In this document: in pieces, positions 55,430 to 64,000 of the stretch
How the letters are laid out: every line of letters starts with the position of its first letter
Position numbering within the stretch: the first letter of the stretch is position 1
Origin: Ostreococcus lucimarinus
Taxonomy: Eukaryota
Assembly (NCBI GenBank): GCA_000092065.1
Contig: CP000587.1
DNA length: 64,000 nt
Strand: one strand, 5' to 3'
The notes under the pieces: model-generated
Seen by the model: only the letters and a program-made list of their open reading frames with translations
The model's database searches: none
What the model was told of the DNA's origin: nothing
Position numbers and translations under genes: made by a program

Positions 55430-56950
55430 ATGAGCGAGAACGACATGGCGGTCGCGAACGCGCCGGTGGACGCGTCGTGCGCGAAGAGTGCGATCGAGGG
55501 CGCGAGCGGCGACGCGCGAGCGGCGGCGGCGGTGCCGGCGTGGATGGCGGATGACGACGACGACGGGTTGACGGAGGAACAGCGAAGGGTGATCGCGGAG
55601 CGGGTGGCGGCGTTGCAGAATCGATTTAAGAAGTTTGAGGAGAAAACGACGCGGGAGAAGGTGGAGGAATTGATGCTCGGGAACGCGGATAAGGGGTTGA
55701 CGGAACGAGAGGCGGACATGGTGCTGAGAGTGTGTAACGGGAACGAGTTCGAGGCGAGCGACCGCCTCGGCGAGGCGGAGGATGGGGAATCGTTTTTGAT
55801 GTCTATTCGGTTCATGATTCAGGAAGAGGACGCGCTGAAACGACGTTCGCAGAGCTCAAAAGCGGCACAGACGGCGAACGAGCGGTTTAACAAGCGCATC
55901 GAGCGCTTGCGTAAGCGTCGGATGTCGTTCGGCGGCGACGAAGAGGACGAGGAAGACGCGGGCGAGCCGGAGGAGTTCTTCGAGACGGAGTACATTTTAG
56001 AAGAGAGTCTCGGCGTACAATTCGTGCGTCACACGAAGAAGCACGTGAATGTGAAACGTTTGCGTCTAGACGACGCCATCGCGCGCGCGCAAGTGGCGGA
56101 AGAGCTCGCGGAGCCGGAGGTCAACCCGTACGAAGGATGGTCCGAGGCGCGTATCAAGGCGTGGAAGAATCGCGAAAAGAATGAAAATCAATACTATTAT
56201 CGATTCAACGAACCGGGAGAGATGCAAGCGAACGGGAAATGGACGGACGAAGAACACCAAAAGTTCATGGATATCATCGCCTCTCTTCCTGGCGGCAAGG
56301 CGAACTACGAATGGGGCACGTTTTCCAAAGGTATCCCAGGCCGCGTCGGTTACCAGTGCTCGAATTATTACCGAACCTTGGTCAAAAACAATATCATCCA
56401 AGACGAAAACTATATGGTGGACCCGGTGTCGGGTGACCTGCGATTCAACTTCAAGAACAAGGGCTTCACGCGCGCCGAACCCGTCGAGGGTGAACCGCGC
56501 ATGGTCATGGTTAAGAAGGTCATCAAGCAGAAGAAACCGAAGGCCCCGAAGCAGCCGAAGAAGGCGAAGAAGAAGGTGAAGAAATCGGACGACAAGGCGT
56601 TCCACTGCACCATCAGAGCGGGTCCCGTGCGTTCGAGCGGTCGAGCGACTAAGAAGACGTACACCGACGGCGGCGACGACGACGAGGATTTCGACGATGA
56701 ATTCGAGGAACTTCCAGTACTCCCGGGATTCATCGATCCCATCACTCGCATGGCCATCGAAGAACCGGCGATTTCGCCGTACGGCCACGTCGCAGGTTAC
56801 GAGACGTGGTGCAAGATTCTTCGCCAACCCGAGGCACCGGACACGTGTCCGTTCACGAAGCAACCGTTAAAACGTCGCGAGCTGATCAAGCTCACGCACG
56901 AAAACATCGACCAATACCGCTCGAAGATCGTCGAAAACCAACAGACGTAG
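55430..56950 (+). CDS. Myb/SANT-domain + U-box-like domain protein with N-terminal UBA/CUE-like motif
   Basis: The SANT/Myb segment is WTDEEHQKFMDIIASLPGGKANYEWGTFSKGIPGRVGYQCSNYYRTLV. The U-box-like segment is LPGFIDPITRMAIEEPAISPYGHVAGYETWCKILRQ...TCPFTKQPL. The UBA-like segment is LTEREADMVLRVCNGNEFEASDRL. A K-rich NLS-like tract is present. Confidence 0.5.
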   Translation: MSENDMAVANAPVDASCAKSAIEGASGDARAAAAVPAWMADDDDDGLTEEQRRVIAERVAALQNRFKKFEEKTTREKVEELMLGNADKGLTEREADMVLRVCNGNEFEASDRLGEAEDGESFLMSIRFMIQEEDALKRRSQSSKAAQTANERFNKRIERLRKRRMSFGGDEEDEEDAGEPEEFFETEYILEESLGVQFVRHTKKHVNVKRLRLDDAIARAQVAEELAEPEVNPYEGWSEARIKAWKNREKNENQYYYRFNEPGEMQANGKWTDEEHQKFMDIIASLPGGKANYEWGTFSKGIPGRVGYQCSNYYRTLVKNNIIQDENYMVDPVSGDLRFNFKNKGFTRAEPVEGEPRMVMVKKVIKQKKPKAPKQPKKAKKKVKKSDDKAFHCTIRAGPVRSSGRATKKTYTDGGDDDEDFDDEFEELPVLPGFIDPITRMAIEEPAISPYGHVAGYETWCKILRQPEAPDTCPFTKQPLKRRELIKLTHENIDQYRSKIVENQQT

Positions 56951-57002
56951 ATTCCTCACCTTGTGATGAATACCTTTTGTACCTCACTTCCGTCCGCTCG
57001 CC

Positions 57003-57305
57003 ATGGCATCATCCCGCGCCGCCGCGCCCCCGAGTGGAGAAAACGCGCAAGTGCGCCATCTCGGGCGCGGCAACCGCGTGCGCACGCCTACGCATCCGAC
57101 GAAGGGCGACTATTTGAGCATCAAGACCGAAGAAGTCATCTTCGGCATCTTGTTCGCGTTCATGGCGTGGAAACTGTGGCAGAGCGTGCGCGGTTTATTT
57201 AGATACTGGAAGTACGTGCGCGCGCCGAACGCGCCGGAGACAGAGCTCGAGGCAGGGGCGATCGCGTTCGAGGAAGATGACGATGAGAACGAAAAGATTG
57301 ATTGA
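57003..57305 (+). CDS. Hypothetical small single-pass membrane protein (100 aa)
   Basis: ATG confirmed. One hydrophobic helix VIFGILFAFMAWKLW is followed by an acidic tail. It lies in the gap between two well-supported genes. No homolog recognised. Confidence 0.25.
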   Translation: MASSRAAAPPSGENAQVRHLGRGNRVRTPTHPTKGDYLSIKTEEVIFGILFAFMAWKLWQSVRGLFRYWKYVRAPNAPETELEAGAIAFEEDDDENEKID

Positions 57306-57386
57306 TTGATGGAGCGGGAAGGGTGGGACGGGACGTCGCGTAGGAATTAGTGTGTTGTAGTGTATCTATCGGTTCGGTTTACAAAT

Positions 57387-60300
57387 TTAAGACGGACGAG
57401 CGGCGATCATCTTTTGCACTTTGACGTCTGGGTCGTCGGCGTTGATGGCGCTCAAATCCTGCGGCGTGATGAACAAAAACTGTTTGTTTGAGTGATTGTC
57501 GCTTCTCGCAAATTCAAGAAGCGTCTTCATAGATATTCTACGGTTCACGGCATCCATGAATACGTCGAACTCATCCATCGCTCGGAAAGGCGAGTCAGAT
57601 TCATCGCCAAGCGCGAGGTTGAACGCGAGCGTGGAATACGATCGTTCACCACCACTCAAGGCGCGAGTGTCTGTGATAGCTCTCGTGTTCGTGCCATCCT
57701 TGAGCTTGATGATCAACTGCGATTCCTCGTAGTTGACTTCAATTTGACCCGCTTGCCCTTTCGCTTGCATATGATAGTTGAATCTGTGCGATACGTTGGC
57801 GGCGGTCTGGCGCGCTTGTGTTACCATCGTCTCCCGGCGCTTTCTGACGCCCACTCTGAGCTTTTGGAAAATCTTCTTTGAGCTCTCCACACCGTGTTCG
57901 AGTTTGATGAGCTTTCGCTTTCGGTCCGATAATTCATCGTTCACTTCTTCGTATGGTCTCTTGTGTCGACTCTCTTCCTTCTTCATCGATTCTTTCGTCT
58001 TTTCGTACAAGCGTTGCAGCTGTGTCGGTAACAAAGTGATATCGCCTGCGTGCTCTGCGACTTCGCGGTCACAAATTTCTTTCTTCGTTTTGTCGGCCAG
58101 CTCTTCGCATTCCGTCTTCATCGCCTGTATACTAGTTTCGCAGTCTTCGATGAGATTATCTGCTTGTTGAAGCCGCTCCACGCAAGTTTCAACTTGTTTC
58201 TCTGCCTTTTGACGTTCCGAATCAATCTTCTGCATTGCTTTGGCGTATTGCTCCACTTCTGCCTTGTACGAATCGGCGAGTGAGAGTTTCTCATTGATGA
58301 CGTTCTCTGCAATATCATGTGCCTCTTTAGCTTGCGTGAAAGCGAATTCGGCTTCTTTAAGACTACTTTGATGCTTGGATAAGTCGACATTGAGGCTGTC
58401 GAGCTCCTCCTGGAGCGTACTCACGTCAACCCCAGTGCCGCTCGAGTCTTCGGCGTCAAGTTTCGCTTGCTGCAAATCACTGAACGCCTTCTGAGCGTTC
58501 TTATTGAGAGTACTGAATTCAGCTTCTTTTTTCTTGATCATATTCGCAATGTCCTTGACGGCTCGCATGCACGCAGCCTCGTCGTTGCTGAGCAATTTGA
58601 TTTCAGATTGCTTTTCCTTGACTCGATTTTCCATCGACGCAATCTGCGCTTTCGGATCCGTTCCGAGTCGTTGTGCTTGATTGTAGCTTTTGAAGGCTTC
58701 ATCTCGCACGACTTGACCTGTCATGAAGATTTTACGATGGAAAGTATACGCCACCGCGACTTGCTTTTGTTTCGCGGCGCCGGAATAGAACATGCCTCTC
58801 GCCTCGCGTTCGTCTTTCATGAGCACGGCTCGTTCGATGCCGGCGCTATCGACGAGGAAGTTGAAAACCACGTCGTGTTTGCATTCCAGGACACTTTCGA
58901 TGGACGTGAATTCGGTTTGATTGGGTACCTTTTCAACAGGGATGTTGTATCTTCCACGGTTGAAGTCGACGCTTTGAATGCTTAAATTGTTCATGCCACA
59001 TTCTTTGCTGATTTGGCGCAGCTTATCCATGTCTTTCGGGCTTGAGACCAAAAATGTCGTCATAGATTGACCGAGAGCTTCTTCAACCGGAACAATCCAA
59101 CTTTGATCTTTGAGAGTGACGTGCATACCGACGGGTCCAATTGGAGGCTTGGAAAACTCACCCAGTCGCCTTTGCACCGTGTCGACGAGTCGTGGCATTT
59201 GCTGTCCGAAAAGCACCAACCTGTTGCTTGACGTCTGCTTCAGAGTGGAGATATGCTTGCGAATGTCGTTGATCTCATTCTCAGCAAACTTCTTTTGTCG
59301 CGCGAAGTTACTCTGTGCTCGCTGTTTGTCTTCCTGTCCGGCCTTCAATTTCTCTATATCGCCCGAGCACGTCTCAATCTCAGCCTTGGCAGCCACGAGG
59401 TTCGAGCTCAGTTTTTGCAATCGCCTATCAGTCTCTGTCGTGTCGCCTCGCTGCGCCTCCAACGACCGTTGAATCTTTGACTCCGTGTCGGACACGCGCT
59501 TCGAAAGCTTCCGCACGCTCGTTTCCTCGCTCAGTTTATCCGTCTCGGCCTTTTGCAATTGTCGCCCCGCTTCTCTACGCTCATTCTCAGCCTGACGACG
59601 CTCCGCGCTAAGCTCTTGAAGCTTTCTACTGAAATCTTCTGACTGTCGCCCAAACTCTTCGTTGTCTATGGCCGCCTTTTCGAGCGTCGCTTGCGCGGTG
59701 CCAAGTTTGGCTTGAAGTTCCCCTCTCTTCTGCACATACACCTGTTGTGCCTCCTTTTCTTCTTCCAACTTCTTTTCCGCCTCGACCACCTTCGACCACG
59801 CCAGACGATTCCTAAAATCGATCGCCTTCGATCGTAGCTCTTGCACGCGCTCAAACGAATGGAGCTCGTGCGTCAATTCTGCCACTTCCTCTCTAAGTTT
59901 TGGAATCGTTTCCAAGTGCTCGTTCAGCACGTCCTTCATCTCGTTTGACTTATTCTTTGCAATCTCTTGCAGCTCCATCAAATCCGACAACAGCGTCGCA
60001 TCGATGAAAAACTGATACTTCTTAGTCGCATCACCGGTGTGCAAGAACTTCTTCGCCATGTCCTGCGTCATCACCGTGATGGGATTATCGACGTCGATGC
60101 AAAAGTGGTCCGCGAGCTTATTCAACTCGTCCACCCGCGTCCCGACCGTTTCCCCGCTCTCGCTCTTAATCTTCAGCGAATTCGCCCCCGTCGCGTTCAA
60201 CACCTTCTCAACCGTGATCGATCGTCCGAACACATCCGGTTTAAACGCATCCTCTCCATCGTTCGAGATCACGACGACGACGCGCGCGAAGCTCGCCCCC

Positions 60301-60569
60301 GTCTTGATCATCCCTTTCGCGCTCTTCGTGCTCGACCGTCCGATGGATTTCATCTTCGCCCCGAGCGCGACCGCCAACGCGGTCAAAATCGCGCTCTTCC
60401 CGCTCCCGTTCTCGCCCGTGACGTAATTGATTCGCGGTCCGAGCTCAACCTTTGCGTTCGCGTGGCACATGAAGTTGTGCATGGTGACGCGAACGAACGC
60501 CCCGGCGACGCCTGGGAAGTGCGTCGGGGGCTTCGTTTCGGCGCCCTTGCGCTCCGTCTTCGCCACCAT
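57387..60569 (-). CDS. SMC6: Structural maintenance of chromosomes protein 6 (SMC6)
   Basis: The N-terminal head FVRVTMHNFMCHANAKVELGPRINYVTGENGSGKSAILTALAVALG has the NFMCH and Walker A motifs of SMC6. There are long coiled-coil arms and a hinge. The C-terminal signature is LSGGERSYSTLAFNLALGD...FRAMDEFDVFMDAVNRRISM. ATG confirmed. Confidence 0.85.
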   Translation of the reverse strand: MVAKTERKGAETKPPTHFPGVAGAFVRVTMHNFMCHANAKVELGPRINYVTGENGSGKSAILTALAVALGAKMKSIGRSSTKSAKGMIKTGASFARVVVVISNDGEDAFKPDVFGRSITVEKVLNATGANSLKIKSESGETVGTRVDELNKLADHFCIDVDNPITVMTQDMAKKFLHTGDATKKYQFFIDATLLSDLMELQEIAKNKSNEMKDVLNEHLETIPKLREEVAELTHELHSFERVQELRSKAIDFRNRLAWSKVVEAEKKLEEEKEAQQVYVQKRGELQAKLGTAQATLEKAAIDNEEFGRQSEDFSRKLQELSAERRQAENERREAGRQLQKAETDKLSEETSVRKLSKRVSDTESKIQRSLEAQRGDTTETDRRLQKLSSNLVAAKAEIETCSGDIEKLKAGQEDKQRAQSNFARQKKFAENEINDIRKHISTLKQTSSNRLVLFGQQMPRLVDTVQRRLGEFSKPPIGPVGMHVTLKDQSWIVPVEEALGQSMTTFLVSSPKDMDKLRQISKECGMNNLSIQSVDFNRGRYNIPVEKVPNQTEFTSIESVLECKHDVVFNFLVDSAGIERAVLMKDEREARGMFYSGAAKQKQVAVAYTFHRKIFMTGQVVRDEAFKSYNQAQRLGTDPKAQIASMENRVKEKQSEIKLLSNDEAACMRAVKDIANMIKKKEAEFSTLNKNAQKAFSDLQQAKLDAEDSSGTGVDVSTLQEELDSLNVDLSKHQSSLKEAEFAFTQAKEAHDIAENVINEKLSLADSYKAEVEQYAKAMQKIDSERQKAEKQVETCVERLQQADNLIEDCETSIQAMKTECEELADKTKKEICDREVAEHAGDITLLPTQLQRLYEKTKESMKKEESRHKRPYEEVNDELSDRKRKLIKLEHGVESSKKIFQKLRVGVRKRRETMVTQARQTAANVSHRFNYHMQAKGQAGQIEVNYEESQLIIKLKDGTNTRAITDTRALSGGERSYSTLAFNLALGDESDSPFRAMDEFDVFMDAVNRRISMKTLLEFARSDNHSNKQFLFITPQDLSAINADDPDVKVQKMIAARPS

Positions 60570-60694
60570 CGCGCTTCTCTTCGCTCGCGTCGCGTCTCAC
60601 GACGTTCGCGGCGCCGCGCGCGGCGCGATGGCGTCGTCCGTCGCCGGCTGTCGAAATTTGAATCGCGTCGACGCGCGCCGCACACGGCGTCGCG

Positions 60695-61924
60695 ATGCTC
60701 GATTACGTGCGGCGCTCGCGCTTGCACCTCGTCACCGGCGGACACGACGCCGCGGAGGAGACGCCGTGCGCGCACTGCGCGCGCGGGCGCCACGTCGGCG
60801 CGAACGCGCGACGGTGCGCGCAGGTGCGCGCGTACGCGTACTCGAGCCCGAACCTGTCGCTGTGCGAACGACTGTTCCTGAACGCGTTCTGGGACGGCGC
60901 GGTGCGGCGATCGTGCCCGACGTGGATCGCGCCGAACCTCATGACCGCGCTCGGGCTGCTCGCGATCGCGGTGGCGTACGCGCTGATTTGGACGCTGAGC
61001 CCGAATTTAGCCTTCGAGGCGCCGCGGTGGACGTACGCGGCGTGCGCGGCGTTGGCGTTCGCGTATCAAACCGCGGATGGGATGGATGGGAAACAGGCGC
61101 GAAGGACGAAATCTGGATCGCCGTTGGGTGAGGTGGTGGATCACGCGTGCGACGCGCTGTCGATGTGCATTTATCCGTTGATAGTGATGGATATCTTTGG
61201 CGTCGGGCATCGCTCGCGAGACGCTCGGGCGATTTGTACGACTATGATGATGACGGGAAGGGCGATGTTTGTGGTCGATACCGTGTCGTCGACGTTTACC
61301 GGGGTGTTACCCGTGAGCGAATTTTTGGATTCGCAGGAGATTCAGCTCATTTGTCAGACGTTGATGCTTTGCGTGGCGTTTTCGGGATCGAACGCGTTCT
61401 TGTACGCGCCGGTCACCGTCCCGTTCGTGGGCGCAACCACGCTCGGACGCGCGGGCGCGGTGTTTTGCATCACCACGGGCGCGATCTCGCGCGTGGGGAC
61501 GTTCGTTAACACCGTGCTGAAAGCGAACAAAAAAGAGGCGCCGCCACATTGGCCGGCGTATAGGAAGCCGCTTAGCATCGCGGCGAGGTGCGCTCTCGTT
61601 GAAGCGTTTCACGGACTTTGCCTGTACAAGGCGAAGAATTTCGCGTACGCGCACGCGACGAGCTCTATCTTATTCGGCGAGTCGGAAGCGCGCATCATGA
61701 GCATTCGCGTGTCCGATCCCGACTTCCCAGTCACGAACTGGTTAGCTTTGTTCATCATGGCGCTCACGACTGTCGTTCCCGAGGGCGACGCCTTCGTGAG
61801 CGGCATGCTCATGGGCGCCGCCCTCTTCATGCTGCTTCATCGAGGGTCGTGTTTGGCGGCGCAAATCACGGGATGCTTAGGCATGCATCCAAACATTTTT
61901 ATCATCAGGCCGAGAGATGCATAG
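60695..61924 (+). CDS. CDP-alcohol phosphotransferase: choline/ethanolamine phosphotransferase (AAPT/CEPT-type)
   Basis: The N-terminal AAPT block is RAYAYSSPNLSLCERLFLNAFWDGAVRRSCPTWIAPNLMTALG. The CDP-OH-P motif is DGMDGKQARRTKSGSPLGEVVDHACDAL. Multiple TM helices are present. ATG confirmed. Confidence 0.8.
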   Translation: MLDYVRRSRLHLVTGGHDAAEETPCAHCARGRHVGANARRCAQVRAYAYSSPNLSLCERLFLNAFWDGAVRRSCPTWIAPNLMTALGLLAIAVAYALIWTLSPNLAFEAPRWTYAACAALAFAYQTADGMDGKQARRTKSGSPLGEVVDHACDALSMCIYPLIVMDIFGVGHRSRDARAICTTMMMTGRAMFVVDTVSSTFTGVLPVSEFLDSQEIQLICQTLMLCVAFSGSNAFLYAPVTVPFVGATTLGRAGAVFCITTGAISRVGTFVNTVLKANKKEAPPHWPAYRKPLSIAARCALVEAFHGLCLYKAKNFAYAHATSSILFGESEARIMSIRVSDPDFPVTNWLALFIMALTTVVPEGDAFVSGMLMGAALFMLLHRGSCLAAQITGCLGMHPNIFIIRPRDA

Positions 61925-61972
61925 CTTTGTAGATGAATCGAATTCGATTAATTAAAACTTTGTCGCGTTAAA

Positions 61973-62980
61973 TTAAACACGCTCGCATTCGAGAAGGCGG
62001 GAGAAGTAGAAGGACGTCGCGGTCATTTCGCGGCGCTTCACCTTGAAACCGGCAGCCTTGAGCGCGATTTCAACATCAGCTTCGTCGTGGAGGTACGCGC
62101 GGGTCGCCTTGGACGGTCCCGGGAACAACTCGCCGACGCGCTTCAAGATGAGGTACGCCAACGTCTTCGGCGCGAAGGAGATGATGAGCTTCTTGCTGCT
62201 CAAGCTCGCCAAGTGGTTGATCATACCGTCGACGCGGTCCTTCGGGTAGTGAATCATGACATCGATGCACGTCACCATGTCGTACTTGCCCGTGGCTTCT
62301 TCGAGGCCCATGGCGTCAAACTTGGGCTCGGTCGCCGGCGCCTTGGCGCCGTTCGCCACCAATTCCTTGTATCGGCGCTCCGCTTCGCCGACCATCGAGC
62401 TAGAGATATCACTCGCGCTCACGTTCGCCCCCTGAAGCGCCAACGGAATCGCCAACGACCCCGTCCCGCACCCAGCATCGCACACCGTCACGCCCTCCAA
62501 ATCGTCGTTCTTCACCCACGCCAAAACCTTATCAACCGTTTGTTGATGTCCCTCGCGAATGTCGAGCTGCACCTTATTCACGTCCTCCGTCTCTCCGTAA
62601 ATCTTATTCCACCGTTCGAACCCGGTGGTGTCGAAATAATTCTTCACGCTCGCCGCTTCGTCGCCGCCAGTCTCCGCCATCATCCCCTCGCGTCTTTTGC
62701 TCGGATCCGTCAGCACCAACGCCGCGCCCGCGCCCGCGATCGCCAGCGCGCCGCCGATCGCCAGTCCCGCGCCCTCGGCCGTCTGCGCGATCTCGCTCGC
62801 GCTCGCCGCGCTCGCGCCGAGCGCGCCGAGCGCCGCCGTCACCGCGGGCGCCGTCGTCATCGCCGACGCCTTATCGCGCGCGCGCGCCATCGTCGTCGTC
62901 TTCGCGCGCGGTTTCGTCGCGCGCGCGCGAGGGGCGACGCGCGCGCGCGGGCGGCTCGTCATCGCTCGCGTCGCGCGCAT
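61973..62980 (-). CDS. CHLM: Mg-protoporphyrin IX methyltransferase (ChlM), plastid
   Basis: The mature part NYFDTTGFERWNKIYGETEDVNKVQLDIREGHQQTVDKVLAWV...VCDAGCGTGSLAIPLALQGANVSASDIS...DMVTCIDVMIHYP...LIISFAPKT is ChlM. The N-terminal ~100 aa transit peptide is A/T/R-rich. ATG confirmed. Confidence 0.9.
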   Translation of the reverse strand: MRATRAMTSRPRARVAPRARATKPRAKTTTMARARDKASAMTTAPAVTAALGALGASAASASEIAQTAEGAGLAIGGALAIAGAGAALVLTDPSKRREGMMAETGGDEAASVKNYFDTTGFERWNKIYGETEDVNKVQLDIREGHQQTVDKVLAWVKNDDLEGVTVCDAGCGTGSLAIPLALQGANVSASDISSSMVGEAERRYKELVANGAKAPATEPKFDAMGLEEATGKYDMVTCIDVMIHYPKDRVDGMINHLASLSSKKLIISFAPKTLAYLILKRVGELFPGPSKATRAYLHDEADVEIALKAAGFKVKRREMTATSFYFSRLLECERV

Positions 62981-63166
62981 CGTGTCGCGTAAAACGCGCG
63001 CTCGCGTGTGCGGCGCGCGCGCGGTGACGCGAACGATGACGAAAGGCGATCGCGTCGAGGGCCGCTTTGAGATCTTTATCCATCCGGTCGGTTACGGAGA
63101 ATTGCCGAATCGAGGCGCCCGATTGTCGCGACGCCGCGCCGTCGTCACTCTCGCGCGCGCGTCGCC

Positions 63167-63601
63167 ATGCCGCCTCGAAGCGCGCGACGACCGCCCTCGG
63201 CGACGACGATCGACGCGCTGTTCAGGTCGACGAAACCGGGCGCGGCGAGACCGGGCAAGACGAAAGGTGCGCCGCCGACGTCGGGATTTCCGACGCGCGC
63301 GCATCGCCGTCGTTCGACGCGACTGACGACGCGCGCGCGCGCAGGCGCGAACGTCGCGATCGAGGACGACGACGCCGAGACGATCGACGACGACGACGCG
63401 GTCGAGCGCGACGCGCGCGAGCTGAAGACGTTTGACTTGACGTCCAAGTTTGGGCCGTGCTGCGGATTGACGCGAATCGAGCGATGGGATCGCGCGCGCG
63501 CGCTCGGTTTAGACCCGCCGAAGCGCGTGTTAGAGATTCTGCATCGTCGCGGCGAGGCGAGCGCGCGATGGAGAGAGTGCGTGTGGCACGGACGGGTGTG
63601 A
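63167..63601 (+). CDS. POLD4: DNA polymerase delta subunit 4 (POLD4/p12/Cdm1)
   Basis: The C-terminal ELKTFDLTSKFGPCCGLTRIERWDRARALGLDPPKRVLEIL matches the POLD4 signature (FDL.SKYGPC.GITRL.RW.RA...GL.PP). The N-terminus is basic and disordered. Confidence 0.65.
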   Translation: MPPRSARRPPSATTIDALFRSTKPGAARPGKTKGAPPTSGFPTRAHRRRSTRLTTRARAGANVAIEDDDAETIDDDDAVERDARELKTFDLTSKFGPCCGLTRIERWDRARALGLDPPKRVLEILHRRGEASARWRECVWHGRV

Positions 63602-63835
63602 GCGAGAGCGAGGGACGCCCCGGCGTCGAGCGGCGGCGGTGCCGGGTATCGCGACGACGCGATCGAACCGCCGATCGGTCGTCGCGACGACGAGCGCGAC
63701 GATTGAATTGTAAGATACGAAGATGGATTGACGCGATCTCGCCGTTCGCGCCGCGCTCGCGAGGTTTCGCGTCGACCGCCCTCGGCGTCCTATCCGTCCG
63801 CAGACGCCGCCTCGGCTCGGCGCTCTCGCGCGACC

Positions 63836-64000
63836 ATGCTCGCCCCGCTCGCGCCTCGCGACGCGCATCCGCCGTGGTTCTTGGCGTTATTGGTGCTCCT
63901 CAACGTCGTCGACGCGTTTCACCTGAACATCGTGTGGCCGATGCTTCCGTTCGCCGTGCGAGACTTTGGCGTCGCCGAAATCGACGTCGGCTTTTACTGC
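63836..64000 (+). CDS. Transporter-like protein, N-terminal fragment (possibly MFS), truncated by window end
   Basis: ATG at 63836 gives MLAPLAPRDAHPPWFLALLVLLNVVDAFHLNIVWPMLPFAVRDFGVAEIDVGFYC, a TM1-like helix and the MFS-like motif WPMLPF...DFG...VGFY. Only 55 codons are visible. Confidence 0.3.
   Translation, partial: MLAPLAPRDAHPPWFLALLVLLNVVDAFHLNIVWPMLPFAVRDFGVAEIDVGFYC

Noticed and set aside
1-64000. Possibility that the window is bacterial, organellar or contaminant DNA given the absence of long introns and the many prokaryote-like enzymes.
   Set aside because: Spliceosomal introns with consistent GTGCG/ACTGAC/YAG signals are present. So are eukaryote-only genes (SMC6, APC8, MED14, POLD4, CFAP52, Aha1, P2X, LHCP) and transit-peptide-bearing nuclear-encoded plastid proteins. 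Together these establish a eukaryotic nuclear origin.

Overview
The window reads as nuclear DNA from a very GC-rich (~65%) marine green picoalga of the Mamiellophyceae, most likely Micromonas. This is inferred from a prasinophyte-type LHCP gene, a split-type chlorophyllide a oxygenase, a P2X receptor, very high gene density and rare short introns. I support about 40 protein-coding genes on both strands (roughly one per 1.6 kb), with no rRNA, tRNA or CRISPR features. The genes fall into these groups:
- Plastid: ClpC/D-type Hsp100, Cpn60-beta, PsbP-like, Mg-protoporphyrin methyltransferase, CAO Rieske subunit, LHCP, RNase E/G with a CBM20, RETICULATA-related, RluA-PPR.
- Mitochondrial: ATP synthase epsilon, CHCH protein.
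- Peroxisomal: dienoyl-CoA isomerase ending in AKL.
- Flagellar: CFAP52.
- Nuclear housekeeping: SMC6, APC8/CDC23, MED14, POLD4, DDT/WHIM protein, BRCT protein.
- Metabolism: MtnA-MtnK fusion, PyrR triple fusion, diacylglycerol kinase, choline/ethanolamine phosphotransferase.

Only five introns were found (ATP5E, Aha1, Cpn60B, LHCP, and a small DUF1279-like gene missed by the ORF track). All share a GTGCG donor, an ACTGAC/ACTAAC branch point and a YAG acceptor. The LHCP intron is long (375 nt), packed with GC tandem repeats and flanked by an 11-bp inverted repeat.

The ORF track renders GTG/TTG starts as M. Several track ORFs therefore needed start correction, and many long R/A/S-rich ORFs are antisense artefacts of GC-rich coding DNA.

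The most unexpected element is an intronless gene (7914..8537, minus) resembling the T4-type prohead core serine protease (Peptidase S77), embedded between ordinary host genes.
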